A stretch of DNA of 32,637 bases from Pseudomonas phage phi3: the sequence record KT887559.1. The stretch is one strand, 5' to 3'. Shown one piece after another: positions 17,107-25,767 of this stretch (positions within the stretch are counted from its first letter, which is position 1; every line of letters begins with the position of its first letter). The position numbers and the translations under genes were made by a program. A model generated the notes under the pieces. It saw only the letters and a list, made by a program, of their open reading frames with translations. It did not search any database and was not told where the DNA came from.

Positions 17107-17544
17107 ATGAACAAGCTGCGCGCCCTGACCGCGTACCTGATCGAACGCCGTCTGGTCCCCGCCGAGCAGCTGGATTCGTTCGCCGAGCAGGTGAACCTGG
17201 CTCTGGTCTGGAAGCCCGAGGAACGCGGCCTGCGCCTGGGCGACATGCGCTATCGCGCCGTCATCATCCTGGAGCGGCTGGCAGACCACCCCGCACGCCT
17301 GATGGCGCTGGTCGGCAGTTGGCTTGAGAACAACGACCCCGACCGCGACGGCCTGCCGGATCCGGTGTTCGACGTCGAGCAGATGGACCGCGACCTGGCC
17401 GACGTCGAGCTGGCCGTGGAGTTCGTCGAGCCGGTCCACCTGGCAGAGGATTCCGCCGGCGAGATCGAGGCGTTCGGCCGGCGCTGGGCGTTCGTGCCGT
17501 TCGATCTGTGGATTGCCGAACATGGCGAGGTGCGCCATGGCTGA
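17107..17544 (+). CDS. Putative tail completion protein (gpR-like), acidic, 145 aa
   Basis: Assigned by position between L and the gpS-like gene. No strong motif. Confidence 0.5.
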   Translation: MNKLRALTAYLIERRLVPAEQLDSFAEQVNLALVWKPEERGLRLGDMRYRAVIILERLADHPARLMALVGSWLENNDPDRDGLPDPVFDVEQMDRDLADVELAVEFVEPVHLAEDSAGEIEAFGRRWAFVPFDLWIAEHGEVRHG

Positions 17545-18202
17545 GCCGCTGAATCTCGACCTGCGCGGCCTGCTCGGCGTGCGTGCCCAGCTGGCGCTGG
17601 CGACGCTGCCGCCGCAGCTGCGCCGGCGTCTGCTGAACAACGCGCTAAAGCGCGTACGCGCCCAGGCCCGCCGCAACGTCTCCGGCCAGCAGAGCCCGGA
17701 CGGTACGCCCTTTGAACCGCGAAAGCGCAAGGGCCGCCGCAAGATGCTTGCGGGCCTGGTCAAGCCCAAGCACCTGAACGTCACCCAACTGAACGCCGAC
17801 CAGGGCGTCCTGGGCTGGCGGAACGGCCTGATGGGCCATATCGCCGGGCAGCACCAGGACGGCTACACCGAGCGCCGCACCGCCGCGCAGATGCGCCGCT
17901 GGAACCGCGTCCAGCCGAACCAAGCATGCACTGAGAAACAGGCCAAGCGCCTGCGCCGGCTGGGGTTTCGCGTGCGCCAGGCCGGCAAGCGCGGGCTGTC
18001 GCGCCCGTCCGTGCCGTGGATCCAGGAGCACGTCGGGTTTCTCCAGGCCGGGCTGCTGATCCGCGTCCTGCGCGACGAGCAGCCCGGGCCACAGAGCTGG
18101 GAAATCACGCTGCCCAAGCGGACGTTTCTCGGCATCACCCAGGACGAAACCGGGCGTCTGGTCGCCCAGCTCCTGGAACAAATCCTGAACTCACCCCGAT
18201 AA
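17537..18202 (+). CDS. Phage virion morphogenesis / tail completion protein (P2 gpS-like)
   Basis: 221 aa from ATG 17537. The motif QSPDGTPFEPRKRK matches the gpS family NPDGS..APRK signature. Confidence 0.72.
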   Translation: MAEPLNLDLRGLLGVRAQLALATLPPQLRRRLLNNALKRVRAQARRNVSGQQSPDGTPFEPRKRKGRRKMLAGLVKPKHLNVTQLNADQGVLGWRNGLMGHIAGQHQDGYTERRTAAQMRRWNRVQPNQACTEKQAKRLRRLGFRVRQAGKRGLSRPSVPWIQEHVGFLQAGLLIRVLRDEQPGPQSWEITLPKRTFLGITQDETGRLVAQLLEQILNSPR

Positions 18203-18213
18203 CGAGGCCCCAC

Positions 18214-19329
18214 ATGGCTCTAGGCAGCGTCAGCGTCAATAACCTCAACCTCGGCCAAGGCCCAGTGACGGCTATCGAACGCTATTTCCTTTTCATCGGC
18301 CCGGCGTCGAAGAACGTCGGCAAATTCCTGGCCCTCAACACCCAGTCCGACCTGGACGTTCAGTTGGGGATCCCGGACGCGGACCTGAAACGCCAGATCG
18401 CGGCCGCACGCGCCAACGGTGGCCCGCGCTGGGCGTGCATGGCGGCGCCCATCGGCGCCGACGGCCGCTGGCAGGACGCCCTGGCCGCCGCGCAACAGCA
18501 GGGCGTGTCGGTCGAGGCGGTGGTCATCACCCGTCCGGTGGCCACCGCCGCCGAGCTGCAGGAGATGCACGCCGCCGCTGTGGAGCTGAGCAACCGCTAC
18601 GGCCGCCGCGTGTTCGTGATGGCCGCCGTTGCCGGCCTGGTCGAGGGTCAGGACTGGGCCACCTACCTGAGCCAGGCGCGCGCCCTGGTCGCGGATCTGG
18701 CAGCGCCTCGCGTGCTGTGCGTGCCGCAGCTGCACGGCAACAACCTCGGCGTCCTCGCCGGGCGCCTGGCCACCGACGAAGCCAGCATCGCGGACAGTCC
18801 CATGCGCGTCCCCACCGGCGCCGTGCTCGCCCTGGGCGAGACGCCCAAGGACAAGGACGGCGTTCCGCTGGACATGGCGACCCTGGCCGAGCTGGACAAG
18901 GCCCGTTACTCGGTCCCGCAGACCTACCCCGACTATCCGGGCGTGTTCTGGGGTGACGGCAACATGCTCGACGCCCCGGGCAGCGACTTCAACGTCGTGG
19001 AGAACCTGCGCGTCGCCGACAAGGCCGCCCGCCGCGTGCGGATCCTGCTGATTCAGCGTGTCGCGGATCGCCGCGTGAACAACACCCCCGCGAGCATGGC
19101 GGCCACCGCCTCGGCGCTGATGCGCCCGCTACGCGAGATGAGCCGCAGCACCACCTTTGCCGGCCTTGTGTTCCCCGGCGAGATCCAGCCGCCGCTGGAC
19201 GGTGACGTAGTGCTGACCTGGAAGAGCCGCACCGAGATCGAGGCGTTCATCCGGGTCCGCCCCTACAACTGCCCGAAAACCCTGACCGCAAACATCGCGC
19301 TGGATCTGTCCGGCGGCGACGAGGAGTAA
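18214..19329 (+). CDS. Putative contractile tail sheath protein (371 aa)
   Basis: ATG 18214 with an RBS. Assignment rests on size and position immediately upstream of a roughly 150-aa tube-like gene. Sequence is not obviously similar to P2 FI. Confidence 0.55.
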   Translation: MALGSVSVNNLNLGQGPVTAIERYFLFIGPASKNVGKFLALNTQSDLDVQLGIPDADLKRQIAAARANGGPRWACMAAPIGADGRWQDALAAAQQQGVSVEAVVITRPVATAAELQEMHAAAVELSNRYGRRVFVMAAVAGLVEGQDWATYLSQARALVADLAAPRVLCVPQLHGNNLGVLAGRLATDEASIADSPMRVPTGAVLALGETPKDKDGVPLDMATLAELDKARYSVPQTYPDYPGVFWGDGNMLDAPGSDFNVVENLRVADKAARRVRILLIQRVADRRVNNTPASMAATASALMRPLREMSRSTTFAGLVFPGEIQPPLDGDVVLTWKSRTEIEAFIRVRPYNCPKTLTANIALDLSGGDEE

Positions 19330-19332
19330 GCC

Positions 19333-19782
19333 GTGGCCCGCATCTCTGGAATGAACTTCGATATCACCCTGGGGGACCTGCAGGTCCACGTCGAGAAGGC
19401 GACCCTGGATATCACCGACAACAGCGCGGTAGCCCAGACCCGTGGCGTGCCGGATGGATTCGTAGACGGCGACGTGACCGCCAGCGGCGAATACGAGTTG
19501 GACGCCGCGAACTTCGCCCTGCTGATCGAGGCGGCCAAGCGCGCCGGCAGTTTCCGCAAGCTGGAGCCGGTCGATTCCCTCTTTTACGCCAAGGCGGGCG
19601 ACAGCGAAGTCCGCGTAGAGGCCTTCGGCTGCAAGCTGAAGGTTTCCAGCCTGCTGGATATCGACCCCAAGGGCGGCAGCAAGACCACCCACAAGGTGCC
19701 CTTCGACGTCACCAGCCCCGACTTCATCCGCATCAACGGCGTGCCGTATCTGGACGCCAGCGAAACCGAGGACCTGCGCTGA
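19333..19782 (+). CDS. Putative tail tube protein (149 aa)
   Basis: GTG start with a GAGGAG RBS 7 nt upstream. Assigned by size and position after the sheath. Confidence 0.5.
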   Translation: MARISGMNFDITLGDLQVHVEKATLDITDNSAVAQTRGVPDGFVDGDVTASGEYELDAANFALLIEAAKRAGSFRKLEPVDSLFYAKAGDSEVRVEAFGCKLKVSSLLDIDPKGGSKTTHKVPFDVTSPDFIRINGVPYLDASETEDLR

Positions 19783-19991
19783 TGGCCGACTGTTTCGACC
19801 GCGCCCAGGCCCGCGAGCTGCAGGACCGCGAACTGGCCCTGCAGGCGCACCAGGTGCGCGTCCGGCCCAGCGGGCCGAGCCTGACCCACTGCCAGGAATG
19901 TGGCGAGCAGATCCCCGAGGCGCGCCGCGCCCTGGGCGGGATCATCCGCTGCACGCCGTGCCAGGCCCGTTTCGAGAAAGGGGGCCGCTGA
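19782..19991 (+). CDS. TraR/DksA-family C4 zinc-finger protein
   Basis: 69 aa. CQECGEQIPEARRALGGIIRCTPCQ shows CxxC-17-CxxC. The start overlaps the upstream stop. Confidence 0.75.
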   Translation: MADCFDRAQARELQDRELALQAHQVRVRPSGPSLTHCQECGEQIPEARRALGGIIRCTPCQARFEKGGR

Positions 19992-20296
19992 TGGGCAACC
20001 GCACTACGCCTGCCGGCCGCCTCGGCAAACTGGAGCGTGACATGGCCGTCATCGATCACCGCCTGACCGACGTCGAGCGCCTGAACCGCGACGTACCGCC
20101 CCGGCTGACCCGCCTGGAACAACAGTTCGAGCACGTCACCGACCAGCTCGACGAACTGAACCAGGGCCAGCAGAAACTGGCCGTCACCGTAGACGGCCTG
20201 GGCCGGAAGATCGCCTGGGCACTGGGCGTCGCCAGCGCGCTGTGGGCCGTTATCCAGATGGTCGCACCACACCTACTGCGCGGGGTGATGCCATGA
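19991..20296 (+). CDS. Putative holin / lysis membrane protein (101 aa, N-terminal coiled coil, single C-terminal TM)
   Basis: It sits immediately upstream of, and translationally coupled to, the SAR endolysin. The TM segment is IAWALGVASALWAVIQMVAPHLL. The topology is atypical for a holin. Confidence 0.45.
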   Translation: MGNRTTPAGRLGKLERDMAVIDHRLTDVERLNRDVPPRLTRLEQQFEHVTDQLDELNQGQQKLAVTVDGLGRKIAWALGVASALWAVIQMVAPHLLRGVMP

Positions 20297-20754
20297 AGCT
20301 GCCGCCCAAGCTGGCCGCCGGCGGCGGCGTGCTGGCACTGGCCGCCGCCCTGGTTGCGCCGTTCGAGGGGCGTTCGTTGGTGGCCTACCTGGACCCAGTG
20401 GGAATCCCGACGATCTGCGAGGGCATCACCGCCGGCGTGCGCATGGGCGACAGGGCGACCCCGGCCGAGTGCGATGCACTGCTTGAACGCGAGCTGCAGC
20501 GCGCCGTCGATGCCGTGGACCGCCAGGTCCTGGTGCCGCTGCCCGACACCCGCCGCGCCGCCCTGGGCTCGTTCGTCTACAACGTCGGCGAAGGCCAGTT
20601 GGCCCGCTCGACGCTGCTGCGCAAGCTCAACGCCGGCGACGTGCGCGGCGCCTGCGCCGAGCTGTCGCGCTGGGTCTACGCCGGCGGGAAGAAGCTCGGC
20701 GGCCTGGTTCGCCGGCGCGCAGCAGAGCGCGAACTGTGCGAGATCGGTCTATGA
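20293..20754 (+). CDS. SAR (signal-arrest-release) endolysin, T4-lysozyme/GH24-like muramidase
   Basis: 153 aa. The N-terminal Gly/Ala-rich weakly hydrophobic segment (KLAAGGGVLALAAALVAP) is followed by the catalytic triad E25-8x-D34-5x-T40 (FEGRSLVAYLDPVGIPT). Confidence 0.85.
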   Translation: MKLPPKLAAGGGVLALAAALVAPFEGRSLVAYLDPVGIPTICEGITAGVRMGDRATPAECDALLERELQRAVDAVDRQVLVPLPDTRRAALGSFVYNVGEGQLARSTLLRKLNAGDVRGACAELSRWVYAGGKKLGGLVRRRAAERELCEIGL

Positions 20755-21236
20755 GCCGCGTCCTACTCGCCCTGGTCGCCTGCCTTGTCGCGCTGCTGAT
20801 CGAGCGCGGCTGTCTGCAGCGCACCAACGACCGGGCATCCCGCGACCTGCAGGACGCCCGCCGCGAGGTCGCCGGGCTGCAGCAGGCCGCGCAGGTCGCC
20901 GGCGAGCTGCTGGCCGCCCGCGATGCCCTCGACCTCAAGCACACCCAGGAACTGAACGATGAACGCAACGCGAACGAGCGCCTGCGCGCTGCTGTTGACG
21001 CTGGCCGTCAGCGGCTGCACGTCAAGGCCACCTGCCCCGCCCCTGTGCCCACCGATGCCGGCGCCGCCGGCCTGGCTGCTGCAGGAGCCGCCGAACTCGA
21101 TAGAACGGCTCGACAGGATTATTACGCCCTCCGCGACGATCTCGCCCTGACCCGCCGCATGGTGCTGGCCCTGCAGGACTATGCCCGCAGCTGCTCCCGC
21201 TCCTTTTCCACCCAACCCCAAGGATCCACGCAATGA
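20751..21236 (+). CDS. Rz-like inner-membrane spanin (i-spanin)
   Basis: N-terminal TM (MSRVLLALVACLVALLI) followed by a charged coiled-coil periplasmic domain. ATGA overlap with the endolysin stop. Confidence 0.7.
   Translation: MSRVLLALVACLVALLIERGCLQRTNDRASRDLQDARREVAGLQQAAQVAGELLAARDALDLKHTQELNDERNANERLRAAVDAGRQRLHVKATCPAPVPTDAGAAGLAAAGAAELDRTARQDYYALRDDLALTRRMVLALQDYARSCSRSFSTQPQGSTQ
20959..21150 (+). CDS. Rz1-like outer-membrane lipoprotein spanin (o-spanin), fully embedded in the +1 frame of Rz
   Basis: 63 aa. Signal peptide with lipobox LAVSG-C, followed by a Pro-rich mature domain (RPPAPPLCPPMPAPPAW). This is the classic embedded Rz/Rz1 architecture. Confidence 0.7.
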   Translation: MNATRTSACALLLTLAVSGCTSRPPAPPLCPPMPAPPAWLLQEPPNSIERLDRIITPSATISP

Positions 21237-21520
21237 CCGAACGCACCGAAATCACCCTGGAGATCCAGGACACCGAATTCCTGTTCACCCTGACCCCGGC
21301 GGACGTGACCCGCTATTTCAACGCCGTGACCCAGAACAACAAGGTCGCGCCGTCGAACAACCTCCTGCGCAGCACCGTCAAGCAGGAGCAACTGGCGTCC
21401 CTGCGCCCGCACCTGGCCAACCCCATGACGGTCATGAAGCTCGCCGGCGCGCTCCTCGAGGAGTACGCCCCCGACGTTGAAGTCACCGTAAAAAAGCGCT
21501 CGACCGAGCCGAGCGACTGA
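21233..21520 (+). CDS. Tail assembly chaperone (P2 gpE / lambda gpG-like)
   Basis: 95 aa, positioned directly upstream of the tape measure. Carries a slippery heptamer near its 3' end. Confidence 0.65.
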   Translation: MTERTEITLEIQDTEFLFTLTPADVTRYFNAVTQNNKVAPSNNLLRSTVKQEQLASLRPHLANPMTVMKLAGALLEEYAPDVEVTVKKRSTEPSD

Positions 21521-21684
21521 CCGACGACGGCCTTGGCCAACTTATGGCCCTGGCCGAGCGCTGGCTACCTGGCGCCGCGCCCACGGCAGACAACCTGGGC
21601 ACGGCCAAATGGCTGGAGGACGAGCACTGGCGGCGGATGGAAATCGCCGTGGCAAACGGCATCGCCAAGGCCCTGAAAGGCTGA
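21490..21684 (+). other. Programmed -1 frameshift site A_AAA_AAG (21490-21496) with a 63-codon -1 frame extension (to TGA 21682-21684); predicted E' / GT-like fusion chaperone
   Basis: Zero-frame codons are gtA AAA AAG. The -1 frame reads S H R K K A L D R A E R L T D D G L G Q L M A L A E R W L P ... I A K A L K G stop. This ATG-less ORF is not in the ORF track. The equivalent P2 E/E' and lambda G/GT frameshifts sit at the same genomic position. Confidence 0.6.
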
Positions 21685-21698
21685 TTTAGGACCACCAC

Positions 21699-23753
21699 AT
21701 GAGCACCAAGAGCACCGCGAAACTCGACTTTGTGCTACGCCTGATCGACCAGGTGACGGCCCCGGCCGCGAAGGTCAGCAAAAGCCTGATGGACGTGGCC
21801 GAGGTCGGCAAACGGGGGTTCATGCAGGTGGGCGCCGGCATCGCCGGCGTGGTCGGCTCGCTGATGGCATTCCGGCAATCGCTCGCCCCGGCGCTTGAGC
21901 AGACCGGCGCCCTGGGCGAGATCCAGTCCCTGGGCGTCGCCCAGGACGCCCTGGACGAGCTGAACCAGGCGTCGATGGAGTTCGCCGCGAACTACGGCGA
22001 ACACGCCTCGGCGTTCGTGCGCTCGGCCTACCAGGTAGAAGGCGCCATCAAGGGCCTGGTGGGCAGCGAGCTGGCCAGCATCACCAGCGCGTCCAACGTG
22101 CTGGCCAAGGCCACGAAGGCCGACGCCGACACCATGACGACCTACATCGGCACCATGTACGGCCTGTTCCAGGGCCAGGCCGATGCGATGGGCCGGGCAA
22201 AGTGGGTCGAGCAACTGACCGGGCAGACCGCCCGCGCCGTCCAGTTGTTCCGCACGTCCGGCGCGCAGATGAACGACGCATTCAAGGCCGTGGGCATTGG
22301 CGCCTCGGCCGCCGGCGCCGACCTGGTGGAGCAGATGGCGGTCCTGGGCACGCTCAGCCAGACCATGGAAGGCGGCGAGGCAGGCGGGCTCTACAAAGCG
22401 TTCTTCGAAAACGTCAGCGCCGCCCAGGACAAGCTGGGCATGAAGTTCACCGACGCCGGCGGCCGGCTGCTGCCCATCATGCAGATCCTGGACAAGCTGC
22501 AGGTGAAGTTCGGCCAGTTGACCAAGCAGAGCGACCTGGACGCGATCACCGGCGCGTTTGGCGGCGAGGCGGCGCGGATGATCGTCACCCTGCTGAAGGA
22601 CACCGGCGCCCTGGCCAACAACCTGGACCAGCTGGGAAAAGTGAAGGGGATGGAGCGCGCCGAGCAGATGGCGCGGGCGATGGTCGATCCCTGGCAGCAG
22701 CTCGACAGCGTGATCGAGAACATCCGGATCTCCTTCGGGATGGTCCTGCTCCCGGTACTCAACCCACTGATCGAAGGCCTGCGCGATGCTGGCAACACGT
22801 TCCAGCGCTGGCTTGTCATGTTCCCGAACATCGCTCGCTGGCTCGGCTATATCACCCTCGGCGTGCTCGGCCTGGTCGCGGCCGCCGGCATGCTGACCGT
22901 GCTGGGCGGCCTGCTCAGCCTGTTTTCCGTCCTGGTCAGCCCCGTCGCGCTGCTGGTGCTGGCGTTCATTGCCCTGGCCGCCGCCGTCGTCGGCGCAATC
23001 GTCTACTGGGACGAGCTGCGGGCGGCGTTCGGCGACACCAGCTGGTTCCAGGCCATCGTCATCATGGTCACGCCGGTGGTGCTGCTGTTCCGGATCCTCG
23101 GCGCGCTGCTCGGCCTGCTGTGGGACAAGTTCGCCCAGCTGTGGGACATGGGCGTGAAGTTCGCCCAGTCGCTGGGCCTGCTCAGCGAAAGCACCGCCGG
23201 CGCCACTGATGCCTGGGGCGGGCTGCTCAAGGTGCTGGCCAACCTGACCCCGCTGGGCATGCTGGGCAAGGCCTTGCGCGGCCTGATCCAGCTGCTGAAC
23301 CTGATTCCCGGGGTGAGCATCGACGCGGAGTTTGGCGATCTGCCGGCAGCACCTCAGCCGGCCGAGCTGCCGGCGCTGCAGCAGTCGGTCGCGCCCGTGC
23401 TCGAGCACGCCACCGCGCCACGGATCCCCGCGCAGCCGCTGGTCCTGCTGCCCCAGGTCGCACCGCTGCCGGACGTGCCAGCGCTGCAGGCGCTGCCCCA
23501 GGCCACCGTCCCGCCGGCGCCAGTGGCCACAGAACGGATGGACGCCGCCCAGCGCGCCCGCGAGGCGATCAACCGAGCGATCCCGAGCCTGAGCCCCAGC
23601 CAGCCCGCAAGCGTGCCGCGCGGCGGGCTGCTGCAGACGATCCAGAACAGCAACCGCACCGACCGAGGGACGCACATCGAGAAAGTCGAGATCCGCACGG
23701 ACAAGCCGCTGACACCGCACGAACTGGAAGGGCTGCTGGAGATGGCCGGATGA
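21699..23753 (+). CDS. Tail tape measure protein (P2 gpT-like)
   Basis: 684 aa. Alpha-helical, with a central cluster of hydrophobic segments (WLGYITLGVLGLVAAAGMLTVLGGLLSLF...) and a Pro-rich C-terminal repeat region. It lies between the chaperone and the baseplate genes. Confidence 0.85.
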   Translation: MSTKSTAKLDFVLRLIDQVTAPAAKVSKSLMDVAEVGKRGFMQVGAGIAGVVGSLMAFRQSLAPALEQTGALGEIQSLGVAQDALDELNQASMEFAANYGEHASAFVRSAYQVEGAIKGLVGSELASITSASNVLAKATKADADTMTTYIGTMYGLFQGQADAMGRAKWVEQLTGQTARAVQLFRTSGAQMNDAFKAVGIGASAAGADLVEQMAVLGTLSQTMEGGEAGGLYKAFFENVSAAQDKLGMKFTDAGGRLLPIMQILDKLQVKFGQLTKQSDLDAITGAFGGEAARMIVTLLKDTGALANNLDQLGKVKGMERAEQMARAMVDPWQQLDSVIENIRISFGMVLLPVLNPLIEGLRDAGNTFQRWLVMFPNIARWLGYITLGVLGLVAAAGMLTVLGGLLSLFSVLVSPVALLVLAFIALAAAVVGAIVYWDELRAAFGDTSWFQAIVIMVTPVVLLFRILGALLGLLWDKFAQLWDMGVKFAQSLGLLSESTAGATDAWGGLLKVLANLTPLGMLGKALRGLIQLLNLIPGVSIDAEFGDLPAAPQPAELPALQQSVAPVLEHATAPRIPAQPLVLLPQVAPLPDVPALQALPQATVPPAPVATERMDAAQRAREAINRAIPSLSPSQPASVPRGGLLQTIQNSNRTDRGTHIEKVEIRTDKPLTPHELEGLLEMAG

Positions 23754-24070
23754 CTGCCCTTTATATCGATCTCCTGATCGTCGGCAACGACCTGGACCTG
23801 GACCCGTCCCACCAGCCGCGGCTTGTCGACGACCGGGCCAGCATCGCTCAGGACATCGCCCACCTGATCCGCGAAAGCGGCCTGCTGGTCACGCTGGTCG
23901 CCGAGCGCAGCCGGCTAAGGCAGCGTGACTGTATCCAGCAGCTGGAACTGCTGGTGGAGTCCGACGAACGCCTGGTGCCGGGCACAGTACGGATTATCGA
24001 AGAGGGGCCGGGCCGCTACCTGGTCACGGCCACCACTGTTGAATTCGGCGCAATCGAGGTAACGCTGTGA
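23750..24070 (+). CDS. Putative baseplate protein (gpW/gp25-like, 106 aa)
   Basis: Assigned by position directly upstream of the J-like gene and by size. ATGA overlap with the T stop. Confidence 0.45.
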   Translation: MTALYIDLLIVGNDLDLDPSHQPRLVDDRASIAQDIAHLIRESGLLVTLVAERSRLRQRDCIQQLELLVESDERLVPGTVRIIEEGPGRYLVTATTVEFGAIEVTL

Positions 24071-25239
24071 CTGTAGATTTCAAGGCCGCACTGCGCGATG
24101 CCGGCATCCCCACCACCGAAGCCGAACTGCGCAAGGCGTGGGAAAAGGAAGTCGAGGCCCAGGGCTCGCTGTTGTCCAACACCAGCGCCTATTCGCCGTT
24201 CTGGCGCATCGTCACCGCGCTGGTGACGAAGCCGGTCCTGGCCCTGCTGGAGTTCGTCGCCGGCACCGTGCTGCCGAACTTCTTTGTTCAGACTGCCGGC
24301 GGCGCCTGGCTCGACATGCTGGCCTGGGCAGTGGACGTCGAGCGCAAGCCGGCGACCCGCGCCCTGGGCTCGCTGCTGTTCACCCGCGCCGCGCCGGCCA
24401 GCACGCTGGAAGTGCCCGCCGGCACGCGGGTGCAATCCGCCGCGATCAACGGCCACGTCTACGAGCTGGAGACAACCCAGCCGGGGCTGTTCAACGATGG
24501 ACAGACCCAGGTGGCCATCCCCGTCCAGGCCGTCGAGCCGGGCAGCGGGTTCAACCTGGCGCCCGGTTACTACGCGATCCTTCCGGTACCGGTCCCCGGC
24601 ATCGTCCAAGTCGTCAACCCGGATGGGTGGCTGACCCAGCCCGGGGCCGACTCGGAGCCCGACAGCCAGCTGCGCCTGCGCGTGCGCAACCAGTTTTCAG
24701 CGGTCAACCAGTACCACACCGACGCCGTGTATCGGGCGATGATTTCCGGGTTCCAGGGCGTGCGCCCGGATGGCGTCTATTTCGAGCACGGCGCCCCGCG
24801 CGGCCCCGGCTCAGCCAATGCGTTCGTGCTGTTCGACGCCGGCGTGCCGGCGGACGAGTACCTGCAGCAGATCAACGCCTACATCCGCGACCAGGGCAAC
24901 CACGGCCACGGCGACGATCTCCAGGTGTTCGTCATGCCCGAGACGCTGCACCAGGTGCGCGTCGAGATCTGGCCCCGGGCTAACCTCAGCATCGAGCAGC
25001 GCGCCGAGCTGAAAACCCAGGTGGAGCAGTTCATCCGCGCCGCCTTCCGCGAAAGCACGGCCAGCGACTACCAGCCGACGCTGACCTACCCGCAGTCGCG
25101 CTTCAGCTTCAGCCGCCTGGCCGAGGAGCTGCACGAGCAGTTCCCGCGCCTGGAGTCCCTGCACTTCGACAACACCGACATTCTGTCGCAGCTGAATATC
25201 CCCCGGCTCCAGAGCCTGCAGGTGGTCGCCCATGATTAA
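24067..25239 (+). CDS. Baseplate J-like protein (P2 gpJ / Mu gp47 family)
   Basis: 390 aa, in the W-J-I order; size and sequence character fit the baseplate wedge J family. Confidence 0.75.
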   Translation: MTVDFKAALRDAGIPTTEAELRKAWEKEVEAQGSLLSNTSAYSPFWRIVTALVTKPVLALLEFVAGTVLPNFFVQTAGGAWLDMLAWAVDVERKPATRALGSLLFTRAAPASTLEVPAGTRVQSAAINGHVYELETTQPGLFNDGQTQVAIPVQAVEPGSGFNLAPGYYAILPVPVPGIVQVVNPDGWLTQPGADSEPDSQLRLRVRNQFSAVNQYHTDAVYRAMISGFQGVRPDGVYFEHGAPRGPGSANAFVLFDAGVPADEYLQQINAYIRDQGNHGHGDDLQVFVMPETLHQVRVEIWPRANLSIEQRAELKTQVEQFIRAAFRESTASDYQPTLTYPQSRFSFSRLAEELHEQFPRLESLHFDNTDILSQLNIPRLQSLQVVAHD

Positions 25240-25756
25240 GCTGCACTTGCCCTTCTGGCTGGACGGCCCCGAGCTGGCCAAGCTGCGCCGCGCCGCGCAG
25301 GCTTGGTGGGAGCGGGCCGAGGGCTGGCTGCGCTGGCCGCTGCTGCAGCTCGACGCGGAAACCTGCCACCTCACGATCCTGGATCTGCTCGCCTGGCAGC
25401 GGGATATCAGCCGGTTTCGCGGCGAGCCGGAACCCCTCTACCGGCTGCGCGTGAAGCACGCATTCGTCAACGCCGTGGATGCCGGCTCCGTCGCTGGCGT
25501 GAAGCGGATCCTGCAGCGCCTCGGCGTCGGCTATGTCGAGATCGAGGAGCGCATGCCCGGTCGGGACTGGGACGTCGTGCTGCTGACGCTGACCGACTCG
25601 CAGTTGTCCGCGAATCCCGAGCTGTTGCGCGTCCTGGTGCAACAGTACGGGCGCACCTGCCGCCGCTACGACTTCCAGACCATCACCCCGGTGACGCTGC
25701 ACGTCGTCGCCGTCGATTTCAACGACGACCAGCAGACCCTGGTCGCGACCCTTTAG
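25232..25756 (+). CDS. Tail protein I (P2 gpI-like baseplate protein)
   Basis: 174 aa. Lies between J and the tail fiber as in P2. ATG overlaps the J stop. Confidence 0.7.
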   Translation: MIKLHLPFWLDGPELAKLRRAAQAWWERAEGWLRWPLLQLDAETCHLTILDLLAWQRDISRFRGEPEPLYRLRVKHAFVNAVDAGSVAGVKRILQRLGVGYVEIEERMPGRDWDVVLLTLTDSQLSANPELLRVLVQQYGRTCRRYDFQTITPVTLHVVAVDFNDDQQTLVATL

Positions 25757-25767
25757 GAGCCGAACAC

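Noticed and set aside
21735-23720. 661-aa minus-strand ORF antisense to the tape-measure gene, and similar long antisense or alternate-frame ORFs (e.g. 1712-2395, 11832-12470, 12403-13011, 14790-15692, 25753-26622, 27722-28465, 28309-29286)
   Set aside because: These are typical high-GC stop-codon-poor shadow frames. Their products are Arg/Ala/Pro/Gly low-complexity, and they overlap genes with clear homology and RBSs on the other strand.
25303-25767. N-terminal 155-aa extension of the tail-fiber ORF (track ORF 25303-27732), and similar 5' extensions for 27569 (G), 27853 and 28959
   Set aside because: The extensions overlap the upstream genes in another frame and are Arg-rich low-complexity. 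The internal ATGs (25768, 27746, 28453, 29370) have RBSs and start/stop coupling.
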